The translations under genes were made by a program, and so were the position numbers. 62,836 nucleotides of DNA from Actinomycetota bacterium. GTDB taxonomy: Bacteria > Actinomycetota > UBA4738 > HRBIN12. Numbering within the stretch: the stretch's first letter is position 1; every line of letters starts with the position of its first letter. Below the pieces are notes generated by a model. The model was not told where the DNA came from, searched no databases, and saw only the letters and a list, made by a program, of their open reading frames with translations. Below, one piece after another: positions 1 to 7,594 of the stretch. Where the stretch lies: contig JBKJXU010000304.1 of NCBI GenBank assembly GCA_046716145.1, positions 1-62,836 of the forward strand, in the 5' to 3' direction.

Positions 1-75
1 GACCGGCACCGTGGACCGGCACCCGGCAAGGATCAGGGTGGCAGCGGCCAGCCACACATACGTACGCAAACGCAT
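1..75 (-). CDS. lipoprotein, N-terminal fragment (gene runs off the left edge)
   Basis: ATG at 75..73 opens MRLRTYVWLAAATLILAGCRSTVPV, which has a basic n-region, a hydrophobic core and an LAGC lipobox. The frame stays open to position 1. It is too short to appear in the ORF track. Confidence 0.45.
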   Translation of the reverse strand, partial: MRLRTYVWLAAATLILAGCRSTVPV

Positions 76-218
76 CTATCCATGGTGATCGCTCCGATGC
101 CTGGGCGCCACGGCCGGTAGGGTTCCGCGTGCCTGGCTCTACCAGTGTTCACCTGCCGGCGGCTCGGAGAGCAGTCTGCATGACTTGGCCGCTCCGGCGC
201 CATTAGGCTCGATCCCGC

Positions 219-303
219 GCGAGAGTGGCGGAACCTGGCAGACGCGCCGGACTTAGGATCCGGTGCCCGAAAGGGCGTGGGAGTTCGAGTCTCCCCTCTC
301 GCA
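219..303 (+). tRNA. tRNA-Leu (anticodon TAG), class II with long variable arm
   Basis: Acceptor GCGAGAG/CTCTCGC; D region GTGGCGGAACCTGGCAGACGCG; anticodon stem CCGGA/TCCGG around loop CTTAGGA. Variable hairpin GCCC-GAAA-GGGC, T arm GGGAG-TTCGAGT-CTCCC, discriminator A303. No CCA is encoded. Confidence 0.93.
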
Positions 304-323
304 CGCGGATAGGCTGGCTCCGC

Positions 324-1040
324 ATGGCTACGTTCGTGATCGTGCACGGCAGCTGGGGTGGTGGGTGGGAGTGGCGCGCCGTGATCGACGCCCTGACGGC
401 CATGGGTCATCGCGCATCCGCCCCCACCCTCACAGGGTTGGGGGAACGCTCGCACCTGCTATCGCGCCCCATCGGGCTGGGGACCCACGCCGAGGACGTC
501 GTGCAGAGGATCCGCTGGGAACGGCTGACCGATGTGCTGCTCGTGTGACACAGCTACGGGGGCATGGTGACGACCGTCGCGGCCTCGAGGGTTCCGGAGC
601 TGATCAGGGGCATGATCTACGTCGACGCGTTCATCCCGGAGGACGGGCAGAGCGAGATCGACCTGATCGACCCTCCCTGGGTCGAGTCCAGGCTCGTCAC
701 GCCCGCCATGGAGCGTGGAGATGGATGGTTGGTCCCGTTCCCGTTCCCGGACGATGTGGATGGGTATCCCCCGGATGTTGCCGATCGCTACCGGGTGAGC
801 ATGCAGCCGCTCGCCACGTTGACCGATCCGGCGGTCGTCGATCCGCGCGTTGCGATGCTTCCCACCGCCTTCATCCACTGCATCGCGAAGGCTCCCGACG
901 AGGACATGTTCGGCGGTTTCGCTCGAGACGCTCAGCGACGTGGCTGGCGCGTCGGAGAGATCGAGAGCGGACACGACGTGCAGATCGAGCAACCGGGCGC
1001 CATCGCGAGCGCGTTGCACGACCTCTCTACGACGATGTGA
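324..1040 (+). pseudogene. alpha/beta-hydrolase (esterase family) interrupted by one in-frame TGA
   Basis: ORFs 225..548 and 564..1040 share one frame. The sequence MATFVIVHGSWGGGWEW...DVLLV-TGA-HSYGGMVTT places the stop (546-548) at the Gly of the nucleophile-elbow motif G-H-S-Y-G-G. The C-terminal half is intact. Confidence 0.7.
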
Positions 1041-1050
1041 TTGCAGGCCT

Positions 1051-1196
1051 TGCTCACATCCTGCTCACGACAGGGCGACACACGCCGACACCGGACGGTA
1101 CGAACGCGCGCAGAAACGCGATCCCGTTCGTGGGGCGAGCAACCGCAGGATCCAGTTGCCGAGGAGGCCTTGGAAGTTCGAGTCTCCCTGCTCGCA
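1051..1196 (+). repeat. composite cassette-end repeat, copy A (GCTCAC repeat + iterons + tRNA-Leu 3'-half-like end)
   Basis: TGCTCACatccTGCTCACGAC, then iterons ending at 1081 and 1091, then GCGAGCAACC. The tRNA-like part is 1144-1196, with loop CGCAGGA, T arm GGAAG-TTCGAGT-CTCCC and 3' strand TGCTCGC-A. Confidence 0.85.
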
Positions 1197-1288
1197 TCGA
1201 ACCGCTGCCCCGGGGTTCTTGTCTTCTTCTTGACCGACTTCTTGGCTCCGGCGTAGCCTCGTCGCGGCCACGGCGGAAGGAGATCTCG

Positions 1289-1723
1289 ATGACGGCCACA
1301 TCCGGCGCCGATCTGGACGACGGGATCGAGCGGTACCACCGCGGGCTCGATGCCTTCATGAAGGGAGAACACGAACCCGTGAGGAGCCTGTTCTCTGAGC
1401 AGGCTGACGTCACCCTCGGCAACCCGTTCGGCCCGTTCGCCCACGGGCTCGACGACGTGGTGGACACGATGGCGCGCGCCGCTGCCCACTATCGCGATGG
1501 TGAAGCGGTCGGGTTCGATCGGATCGCGACGTACGGGAACGACGAACTCGTGTGCATCGTCGAGGTGGAGCGGCTCCGCTCCAAGGTCGGGGGTCACGAC
1601 GATCTCGCCCCGTTGAGCCTCCGAGTGACGACCGTATTCCGTTCAGAGGAAGACGGGTGGAAGGTCGCCCATCGACACGCTGACCCGATCAATGAACGTC
1701 GGCCAGCGGAGTCGGTCCTGTAG
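1289..1723 (+). CDS. SnoaL-like / DUF4440 (NTF2-fold) protein
   Basis: GGAAGGAG Shine-Dalgarno 6 nt before the ATG. The 144-aa product ends ...EEDGWKVAHRHADP, typical of the NTF2-like fold. This is the only credible part of the long ORF 263..1723. Confidence 0.7.
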   Translation: MTATSGADLDDGIERYHRGLDAFMKGEHEPVRSLFSEQADVTLGNPFGPFAHGLDDVVDTMARAAAHYRDGEAVGFDRIATYGNDELVCIVEVERLRSKVGGHDDLAPLSLRVTTVFRSEEDGWKVAHRHADPINERRPAESVL

Positions 1724-1738
1724 CCCCAGGAGGCGGGC

Positions 1739-1894
1739 TGCTCACATCCTGCTCACGACAGGACGACACCCGCCGGCACGGGACGACATGAAGCGACACG
1801 GGACGACACGTGGAGCCGAGATCCGTGCGTGGGGGCAGCAACCTTAGGATCCGCTGGCTGAGAGGCCGTGTGAGTTCGAGTCTCCCCTCTCGCA
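1739..1894 (+). repeat. composite cassette-end repeat, copy B
   Basis: TGCTCACatccTGCTCACGAC, then five iterons ending at 1769, 1779, 1789, 1799 and 1809 (exact 10-bp phasing). The tRNA-like part is 1843-1894, starting CTTAGGATCC and ending CTCTCGC-A. Confidence 0.88.
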
Positions 1895-1915
1895 CCGACG
1901 CAGGTGGCGATGACG

Positions 1916-2611
1916 TCAGACGCGTTCCCGAAGTATCGCTTTCGGGTACCTCCACATCGTGTAGGCGAGTGGCCACATCGCGAACACCGCTGCGACCGCC
2001 TGAACGTAGAGCTGGACACCCATGAGAGGAACGATCCGAGCGACCGCCATCGCGCCCAACGCGACGACGACGAACCTGGGAACACCCAACGCGCCGACTC
2101 CGACGGTCGACACGCCCTTCGCGAAACCCATGATCCCGATCGCGGAGGCAACCCCGCCTGTCAAGATGACAGGAACGAACCATGGGTCGACCGCTGCCAG
2201 CGCGGCCAGAACGTCGCCCCCGGTCTCCGCCGCGGCAAGGGCCGCGAACTCCATCCCGGGCAAGATCGCGTACAGCGTTCCACCGAAGATGACGAACGGC
2301 AGGGCGAGAGCGCTCCAACGGTCATCGCCTGCGTCGCGCAGGTAGCTGCGGATCGCAAGGAACGCCAGGAGCAGGAGCGCAGCCGCGACCCCCACGATGA
2401 GATGCGAGATCCCCCAGCGGAAGGGGCTGGATGCCGCCGCCCTCGCGATCGCAGCCTCATCCGGTGGGCCCAAGCCGATGTACGGGTGAGCGACGACGCC
2501 TGCGTGGAGGACGACCGGGGCCACCACGACGATGGCCGCCCTGGACCGCTCTCGGACCGTCACCGACATGTCGCGATCAGGGTTGCGTTCCTCGGTCACG
2601 ACGGTGCTCAT
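1916..2611 (-). CDS. integral membrane protein (about 6 TM), unknown function
   Basis: Starts at MSTVVTEERN, in frame within ORF 1916..2983. It has long hydrophobic segments such as ISHLIVGVAAALLLLAFLAI and FVPVILTGGVASAIGIMGF. The stop lies 22 nt after repeat B. Confidence 0.6.
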   Translation of the reverse strand: MSTVVTEERNPDRDMSVTVRERSRAAIVVVAPVVLHAGVVAHPYIGLGPPDEAAIARAAASSPFRWGISHLIVGVAAALLLLAFLAIRSYLRDAGDDRWSALALPFVIFGGTLYAILPGMEFAALAAAETGGDVLAALAAVDPWFVPVILTGGVASAIGIMGFAKGVSTVGVGALGVPRFVVVALGAMAVARIVPLMGVQLYVQAVAAVFAMWPLAYTMWRYPKAILRERV

Positions 2612-2669
2612 TTGAACCTCTCGCCTGACATCGTGCGTCCTCCTCTCCCGACGGCTACAGAGGACGACG

Positions 2670-4307
2670 TTACGAACGAGCCTTCCTCGACGCGATCGGG
2701 AGTTCTCCCCATGCCGCGAGTCCGTGTTGCATGGCGAACAGGGCCGCCGCCGCTCGGGTCGAGACGCCGATCTTCCCGTACGCGTTCTGGATATGGCGGT
2801 CGGCCGTCTTGACGGAGATGCCGAGCACGCGGGCGATCTGTTTCGTCTGCAGACCCCTGGCGAGGAGCCCCACCACCTGTGCCTCGCGGTCAGTGATGCC
2901 AGCAGGCCGTTCGATCCGGGGAGCGGGTACCCCTGAGACCTGGATGACACCGGCGACCGCGTCGGGGTCCAGTCGGCCAGCACCAGCCTCTCCCGCGAGA
3001 GCTTCGGCGGCCTCCTGGAGCGTGAGCGCCGGGCGATGCGGCCGCGGTTCGGTCATCGCATGGAAGGCGTCCGCGGCGGCCACCAGACGGGCAGCCGGCG
3101 TGAGTGCCGGGCCCGCGGATCCCCGGTGGTAACCGGAGCCGTCCACCCGCTCGTGATGGGTCGTGGCCACGGGTGCGAGCGCCGCGAGGAGCGGAGATCG
3201 GCTGAGGACGCGCTCCGAATGGTAGGCGTGGAGCCTGACCTGCTCCCACTCGTCTGACGTCAGCTCGCCGGGCTTCTCCCAGATCCGAACCGGGATGGCG
3301 ACGCGCCCGATGTCGTGAACGAGCGCGGCTCGCCTGACCGTCCCGGCCTCTGCCGCATCGAGGCCGCACCGGGTCGCGGCGACCGAAGCGAGCTCCGCCA
3401 CCCCCCGCGAGTGACCGACCAGGTACTTCGACACCAGGTCCGCGAAGTCCCCCATCGCAGCCAGTGCGCGTTCGATCGCGTCACCGGCGAGGGTCACCCG
3501 CGGACTCGGCTCACACGCAAGGGTCGCGTCCCAAGCCGAGCCGAGCTCATCGAGCCCGAGGATCTCGTCTGCGTTATCCACCAGCCCTCCGACGATCCCG
3601 GGATCGAAGGCCCTACCCGCTCGCTCACGGACGACCCGAGCGGCGTAGTCGACACCGCCGAGCATCCGCTGGAAGGCGGCATCGCGGGCTACCTGGGCGA
3701 TGCGCACCGCGAGCGGTATCTCGTCGCGCTTCGCATGGCCAGGTTGGCCCTTCCCGTCCCACCGCTCATCGATATAGGCGAACAACTTGCCCATGTCTGA
3801 CGGAAGGCCGAGGCGGTCCGTCAGCATCATCGCGACCTCGCACATGGCGGCCGTCTGCGCCCCGATGACTCGCGCGAACCTCGGGAGGCGCGACGTCGCC
3901 TTCGCCGTTCGAACGGGCCACATACGCTCTTGGGGGGCCATCGCGCGCAGCACGCCGGTGACCATCTGGGGCCGAGAACCGAACCGGACCGGGCCGCCGT
4001 ACTTCGTGAGCACGTCGTGGCCGCCGAAGAGTTCATCGGCGAGGTCGGCATTGGCCGTGCAGCCCACGTAGAACAGCAGACAAGCGAAATAGGCCTGTGA
4101 CGCGACCTCCGCGTCGATCCCCGCACGCTCGATCAGCCTCATCGCGATCAGCGTGCTGTGAAGGCCGTGCTCTATGGGCACGCCGATCCCGAGGTCGGTT
4201 GCCAGGGAGAGTGCCGCGACCACCTCAGCGGCCCGGATCCGCTCATCGTCCGGGGGCGCGCTCCCCTTCATCTCGTACCGGATATGTGCCGACTCCACGG
4301 TTCGCAC
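2670..4307 (-). CDS. HD-GYP-type phosphohydrolase domain fused to C-terminal LuxR-family HTH
   Basis: HDIGRVAIP...HHERVDGSGYHRG is an HD-GYP signature with GYP degenerated to GYH. The C-terminal TDREAQVVGLLARGLQTKQIARVLGISVKTADRHIQNAYGKIGV is a LuxR/FixJ-type HTH. Confidence 0.8.
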   Translation of the reverse strand: MRTVESAHIRYEMKGSAPPDDERIRAAEVVAALSLATDLGIGVPIEHGLHSTLIAMRLIERAGIDAEVASQAYFACLLFYVGCTANADLADELFGGHDVLTKYGGPVRFGSRPQMVTGVLRAMAPQERMWPVRTAKATSRLPRFARVIGAQTAAMCEVAMMLTDRLGLPSDMGKLFAYIDERWDGKGQPGHAKRDEIPLAVRIAQVARDAAFQRMLGGVDYAARVVRERAGRAFDPGIVGGLVDNADEILGLDELGSAWDATLACEPSPRVTLAGDAIERALAAMGDFADLVSKYLVGHSRGVAELASVAATRCGLDAAEAGTVRRAALVHDIGRVAIPVRIWEKPGELTSDEWEQVRLHAYHSERVLSRSPLLAALAPVATTHHERVDGSGYHRGSAGPALTPAARLVAAADAFHAMTEPRPHRPALTLQEAAEALAGEAGAGRLDPDAVAGVIQVSGVPAPRIERPAGITDREAQVVGLLARGLQTKQIARVLGISVKTADRHIQNAYGKIGVSTRAAAALFAMQHGLAAWGELPIASRKARS

Positions 4308-4404
4308 TGTCTATCACGCCAGCACAGGATGCGGGAGCCTCGATCCCGCCTTCGCGACAGCGATGGTCACGTAACCCAGGGCGGCACGCCGCTGCCGGCA
4401 GCCC

Positions 4405-4498
4405 TGCTCACGGCTTGCTCACGACAAGGACGACATCGCGGCAACAGGACGCACCAGACGCGACGGGACGACGGGGGACGAGGTTCGAGGCGTGGCGG
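4405..4498 (+). repeat. composite cassette-end repeat, copy C1 (5' arm intact, tRNA-like end degenerate)
   Basis: TGCTCACggctTGCTCACGAC followed by degraded iterons (GACGACAT, GACGCAC, GACGCGAC). Only a GGTTCGAGG T-loop-like remnant (4482-4490) is left of the tRNA part. Confidence 0.6.
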
Positions 4499-4579
4499 TT
4501 CACATCGGCTCCCGATGGCGTCTGTACAGGGTGGTCGTCAGCTCCACGTAGCCCGCTCGTGAAGCTTGCGATTCGGTCT

Positions 4580-4715
4580 CGCTCACAGTTTGCTCACGAC
4601 AGGACGACACGAGACGACACGGAACGACACGTAGAGCCCGATTCCGTGCGCGGCGCGAGCAACCTTAGGATCCAGTGCCCGAAAGGGCGTGGGAGTTCGG
4701 ATCTCCCCTCTCGCA
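4580..4715 (+). repeat. composite cassette-end repeat, copy C2
   Basis: CGCTCACagttTGCTCACGAC, then three iterons ending at 4610, 4620 and 4630, then GCGAGCAACC. The tRNA-like part 4664-4715 has a variable arm identical to the resident tRNA. Its T loop is TTCGGAT. Confidence 0.88.
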
Positions 4716-4729
4716 CGAGGACGTGCTCG

Positions 4730-5500
4730 CTACCGTTCCTTTCGTGCCTTCCAGATCTCGACGCTCGGCCATCGGCGCGCCCACTCGTGCGGCACATCGT
4801 CGGACCACACGTCATCTGTCTCGGGCGCCTGCAGCTCCGCGAGGTCCTCGATCTCCAACCCGGATGACCGGAGGTGTCTGATCATCTCGCCATGGCCTAG
4901 ATGGAACTCGATGGCGTCGACGACGCCGTCGTCGTCGTGCCACTCGAAGCGATCCATACCGAAGAAGTCGCGATGGAGCCGTGCGTCGGCGGGCTCGGAA
5001 TCATCGTTCGTCGGGAAGCACATCATCACCAACGGCGTGAGCGTTTCGAACAGGAGCCATCCGCCCTTACGAAGGATGCGAGCTGCCTCGGGGATCCATA
5101 AGAACGGATCGCACCAGATCGCGGCGCCGTACTGAGACGTTGCGAGGTCGAAGCTCCCATCGGCGAACGGGAGGTGCTCGGCATCCCCGTGCACGAGCGG
5201 GAAGCGGAGGTCGAACTCACCCTGGAGCATCTTCGCGGTGGCGAGCTGCTGCGACGAGGTGTCCAGCCCCACGACGCGCGCGCCCCGACGCATGAGCCAA
5301 GCCGAGATGTAAGCGGTTCCGCAACCCAGATCGATGGCATCGAGTCCCGCGACGTCGGGAAGGACCCGGAGTTCGGATTCTGGGATCCCCCTGCCCCAGA
5401 CAGGGTCGGCTCGTCCCCACGCCTCCCGACCACGCTCTATCCAGTTGGGGGCATCCTCGTCCCACGACGCCCGATTGACGCGAACGTGATGGTCCGACAT
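4730..5500 (-). CDS. class I SAM-dependent methyltransferase
   Basis: Starts at MSDHHVRVNRASWDE. Motif I is AIDLGCGTAYIS, followed by VVGLDTS and ILRKGGWLLF. The gene fills the interval between repeats C2 and D to within 15-20 nt. Confidence 0.8.
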   Translation of the reverse strand: MSDHHVRVNRASWDEDAPNWIERGREAWGRADPVWGRGIPESELRVLPDVAGLDAIDLGCGTAYISAWLMRRGARVVGLDTSSQQLATAKMLQGEFDLRFPLVHGDAEHLPFADGSFDLATSQYGAAIWCDPFLWIPEAARILRKGGWLLFETLTPLVMMCFPTNDDSEPADARLHRDFFGMDRFEWHDDDGVVDAIEFHLGHGEMIRHLRSSGLEIEDLAELQAPETDDVWSDDVPHEWARRWPSVEIWKARKER

Positions 5501-5520
5501 GAAGCAACCGTACTTCGTAG

Positions 5521-5680
5521 CTCGGCCATCTTGCTCACGACAGGACGACACACACCGACACGGAACGACACCCTGGCGACACGAGACGACACGTGGAGCG
5601 CGGGTCCGTGCGTGGCGCGAGCAACCTGAGGAACCGGTGGCCGAGAGGCCGTGGGAGTTCGAGTCTCCCCTCTCGCACCA
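5521..5680 (+). repeat. composite cassette-end repeat, copy D (best preserved; ends ...CTCTCGC-ACCA)
   Basis: TTGCTCACGAC, then five iterons ending at 5551, 5561, 5571, 5582 and 5592, then GCGAGCAACC. The tRNA-like part 5626-5677 has loop CTGAGGA, a perfect GGCC-GAGA-GGCC arm and a perfect T arm, and is followed by CCA. Confidence 0.9.
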
Positions 5681-5690
5681 GCTTCGAGAG

Positions 5691-6116
5691 TCAGATGCCT
5701 CGCGGGGCGCCGTGGACGCGGAACCCCTCGGCCCGCGCTGCGATGGCGAATGCCCGGTCATGCGTCGCGACCGTCAGGGCATCGAACTCGTCCCGCACGA
5801 GCAGGGCGCTGGTCAGATGGATCGCATCGAGCGAGCCGACAACCGTCGGGAACGGATCTGCTGCCCGCTCGAGGACCGGTGCGCCGAGCGGCACCAAGGT
5901 GAAGCCTTCGATCGCCTCCAGGGTTGCGGCACGGCGGTCGGCAACCTGCTCGTCGTCAAGGCCGAGGCGGACCCGCGCGCGATCGATCGTCCGAAGGCAC
6001 TCGAGCCTGATGAGCTCGCTGGACACGGCGATCGTGATCTTCGGCCAGACCCGGAGACGGCCTGGCTCCCCCAGCACAACGCGGAGAAGGACCGATGAGT
6101 CCACGTAGACGTTCAA
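5691..6116 (-). CDS. vapC: PIN-domain ribonuclease toxin VapC
   Basis: The TTG start overlaps the antitoxin stop (TTGA at 6116-6113). The acidic PIN residues sit in VYVDSSVLL, SSELIRLE, SLDAIHLTSAL and ATHDRAF. Confidence 0.8.
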   Translation of the reverse strand: MNVYVDSSVLLRVVLGEPGRLRVWPKITIAVSSELIRLECLRTIDRARVRLGLDDEQVADRRAATLEAIEGFTLVPLGAPVLERAADPFPTVVGSLDAIHLTSALLVRDEFDALTVATHDRAFAIAARAEGFRVHGAPRGI

Positions 6117-6370
6117 AGCTGCTGCCGTTCCTCGAGCAGCAGCTCCGTGGAACCGATGCCCCACCGAGTGGGAGCGTGCCGCTTGCCACGGACGGAGGAG
6201 AAGGGTCGTCTCGGCGGCAGGAGTACCAGGGATGGGCCTGCGCGACGCACCGGGACGATGCGAGCGATGGGACGGTCGCGGTCCGTGACCTCCACCTCGC
6301 TGCCGCGCTCGACTTCACGGAGATGCTGCGACAGGTGATCCTTCAGCTCGGCGATCTTGATCCGCTTCAT
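6113..6370 (-). CDS. type II antitoxin (Phd/YefM-like) partner of VapC
   Basis: MKRIKIAELKDHLSQHLREVERGSEVEVTDRDRPIARIVPV is a typical antitoxin N-terminus. It has a 4-nt overlap with the PIN gene. Confidence 0.75.
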   Translation of the reverse strand: MKRIKIAELKDHLSQHLREVERGSEVEVTDRDRPIARIVPVRRAGPSLVLLPPRRPFSSVRGKRHAPTRWGIGSTELLLEERQQL

Positions 6371-6447
6371 GGCCACATGTAGCCACATCGTGGCGAGCCT
6401 GTCAATCGATCGGCTCCACCGAGGCCTCTCGGCCGCGCTTCTCCTCT

Positions 6448-6601
6448 TCGCACATCTTGCTCACGACTGGACGACACCCGCGGGCAGGACGACACCGGGT
6501 AGCACAAGACGACACGGAGAACCGGGATCTCGTGCGTGGAGCGAGCAACCTTAGGATCCGGTGGCCGAGAGGCCGTGGGAGTTCGAGTCTCCCCTCTCGG
6601 A
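6448..6601 (+). repeat. composite cassette-end repeat, copy E
   Basis: TCGCACatctTGCTCACGAC, then iterons ending at 6477, 6495, 6505 and 6515, then GCGAGCAACC. The tRNA-like part is 6550-6601, with arm GGCC-GAGA-GGCC and 3' strand CTCTCGG-A. Confidence 0.88.
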
Positions 6602-6772
6602 CCCCTCACCGCGGATCCTTCCTCTGAGCTGCCCCCGGCGTAACGGACCCGAAACCCTGCGCGCACTCGCTGACAGAGCAGGCAGGAGATCGGGGTGCTA
6701 GTAGATGACCGTTGAGATCGCTGCGACGAACAGGACGTGGCGTTGCCCGATGGGAGGTGCGAAGCTGCAGGT

Positions 6773-7594
6773 ATGAGCACGTCGAGACGAGCTCCCTCAC
6801 AGGCTCACGAACAGCTGATCGCTCGCTTCACCGATGCCTGTTCTGCCGACAACCGCGTCGTGGCCGCGTTCGTCGGGGGCTCGATCGCTCGGGGAGAAGC
6901 CGATCCACATTCCGACGTCGACCTCTGCGTCGTCGCTACCGATGAGGCGGCGGACGATGTCTTCGCAGATCGAGCAGCCATGGTCGCACAACTTGGAACG
7001 CCGTTGTTCCTCGAGGATTGGGGCCACCAACTTCCGGAGGTCTTCGTCATCCTCGCGGACGGAACGGATGCCGAGATGTTCTTCATCGCCGAGAGTCGGA
7101 TCAAGGAGATGCAGGTCGGGCCTATCCTCACGCTCCTTGATCGGACCGGCCTTCTGACGAACCTCGAGCTCCCGATGCGGCCGCCACTCTCGGGCGATCT
7201 CGCAGGCGAGCTCCGCCGCATCTTGGCGTGGTTCTGGCACGACGTGTCGCACGTGATCAAGGCCCTCGGTCGCGGACAGCTGTGGTGGGCTGCGGGCGAG
7301 ATCGAGGCGCTTCGCGGGTACTGCGTGAACCTCGTCCGCATCGAGCAGGGCGTCGAGGCTGGGGACGAACCGTACTTCAAGATCGACGCCGAGGCATCAA
7401 CGGTGGCGCTGGAGTCGCTTCGATCGACGTTCGTGACGATAGAGGCCGAGGCGTTGGCGCGGGCCGCGTCCGAACTCGTTGCGTTCTTCGGTAGCCGGGG
7501 GCGTCCCCTTGCCGGCGCATACGGACTGGAGTATCCGAGCGAACTCGACCTGCTGATGCGCCGCCGTCTGGAGGCTCTCGTCGAGCAACCTTAG
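6773..7594 (+). CDS. nucleotidyltransferase-domain protein (ANT/Lnu-like fold)
   Basis: GGSIARGEADPHSDVDLCVV matches the G-S...D-x-D polymerase-beta-type NTase motif. A helical C-terminal domain follows. The stop TAG (7592-7594) lies at the anticodon position of repeat copy F. The start could instead be 6737. Confidence 0.65.
   Translation: MSTSRRAPSQAHEQLIARFTDACSADNRVVAAFVGGSIARGEADPHSDVDLCVVATDEAADDVFADRAAMVAQLGTPLFLEDWGHQLPEVFVILADGTDAEMFFIAESRIKEMQVGPILTLLDRTGLLTNLELPMRPPLSGDLAGELRRILAWFWHDVSHVIKALGRGQLWWAAGEIEALRGYCVNLVRIEQGVEAGDEPYFKIDAEASTVALESLRSTFVTIEAEALARAASELVAFFGSRGRPLAGAYGLEYPSELDLLMRRRLEALVEQP

Noticed and set aside
225-548. Recurring peptide (..PERAWEFESPLSH.., ..RGRGSSSLPSRT..) in several track ORFs (225, 263, 1810, 4675, 4689, 5593, 5651)
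   Set aside because: It is simply the translation of the tRNA-Leu and its 3'-half copies in two frames. It is not a protein family.
546-548. In-frame TGA in the esterase as selenocysteine, given that selD is in the window
   Set aside because: The position corresponds to a structural Gly of the nucleophile elbow, not to a redox Cys. No SECIS-like hairpin is evident downstream, so a nonsense mutation or base error is far more likely.
1051-6601. The repeats as a CRISPR array or as independent tRNA genes
   Set aside because: The units are about 150 nt, internally composite and separated by whole genes, not by 25-40-nt spacers. The tRNA-like parts lack the D arm and the 5' anticodon strand, so they are not functional tRNAs.
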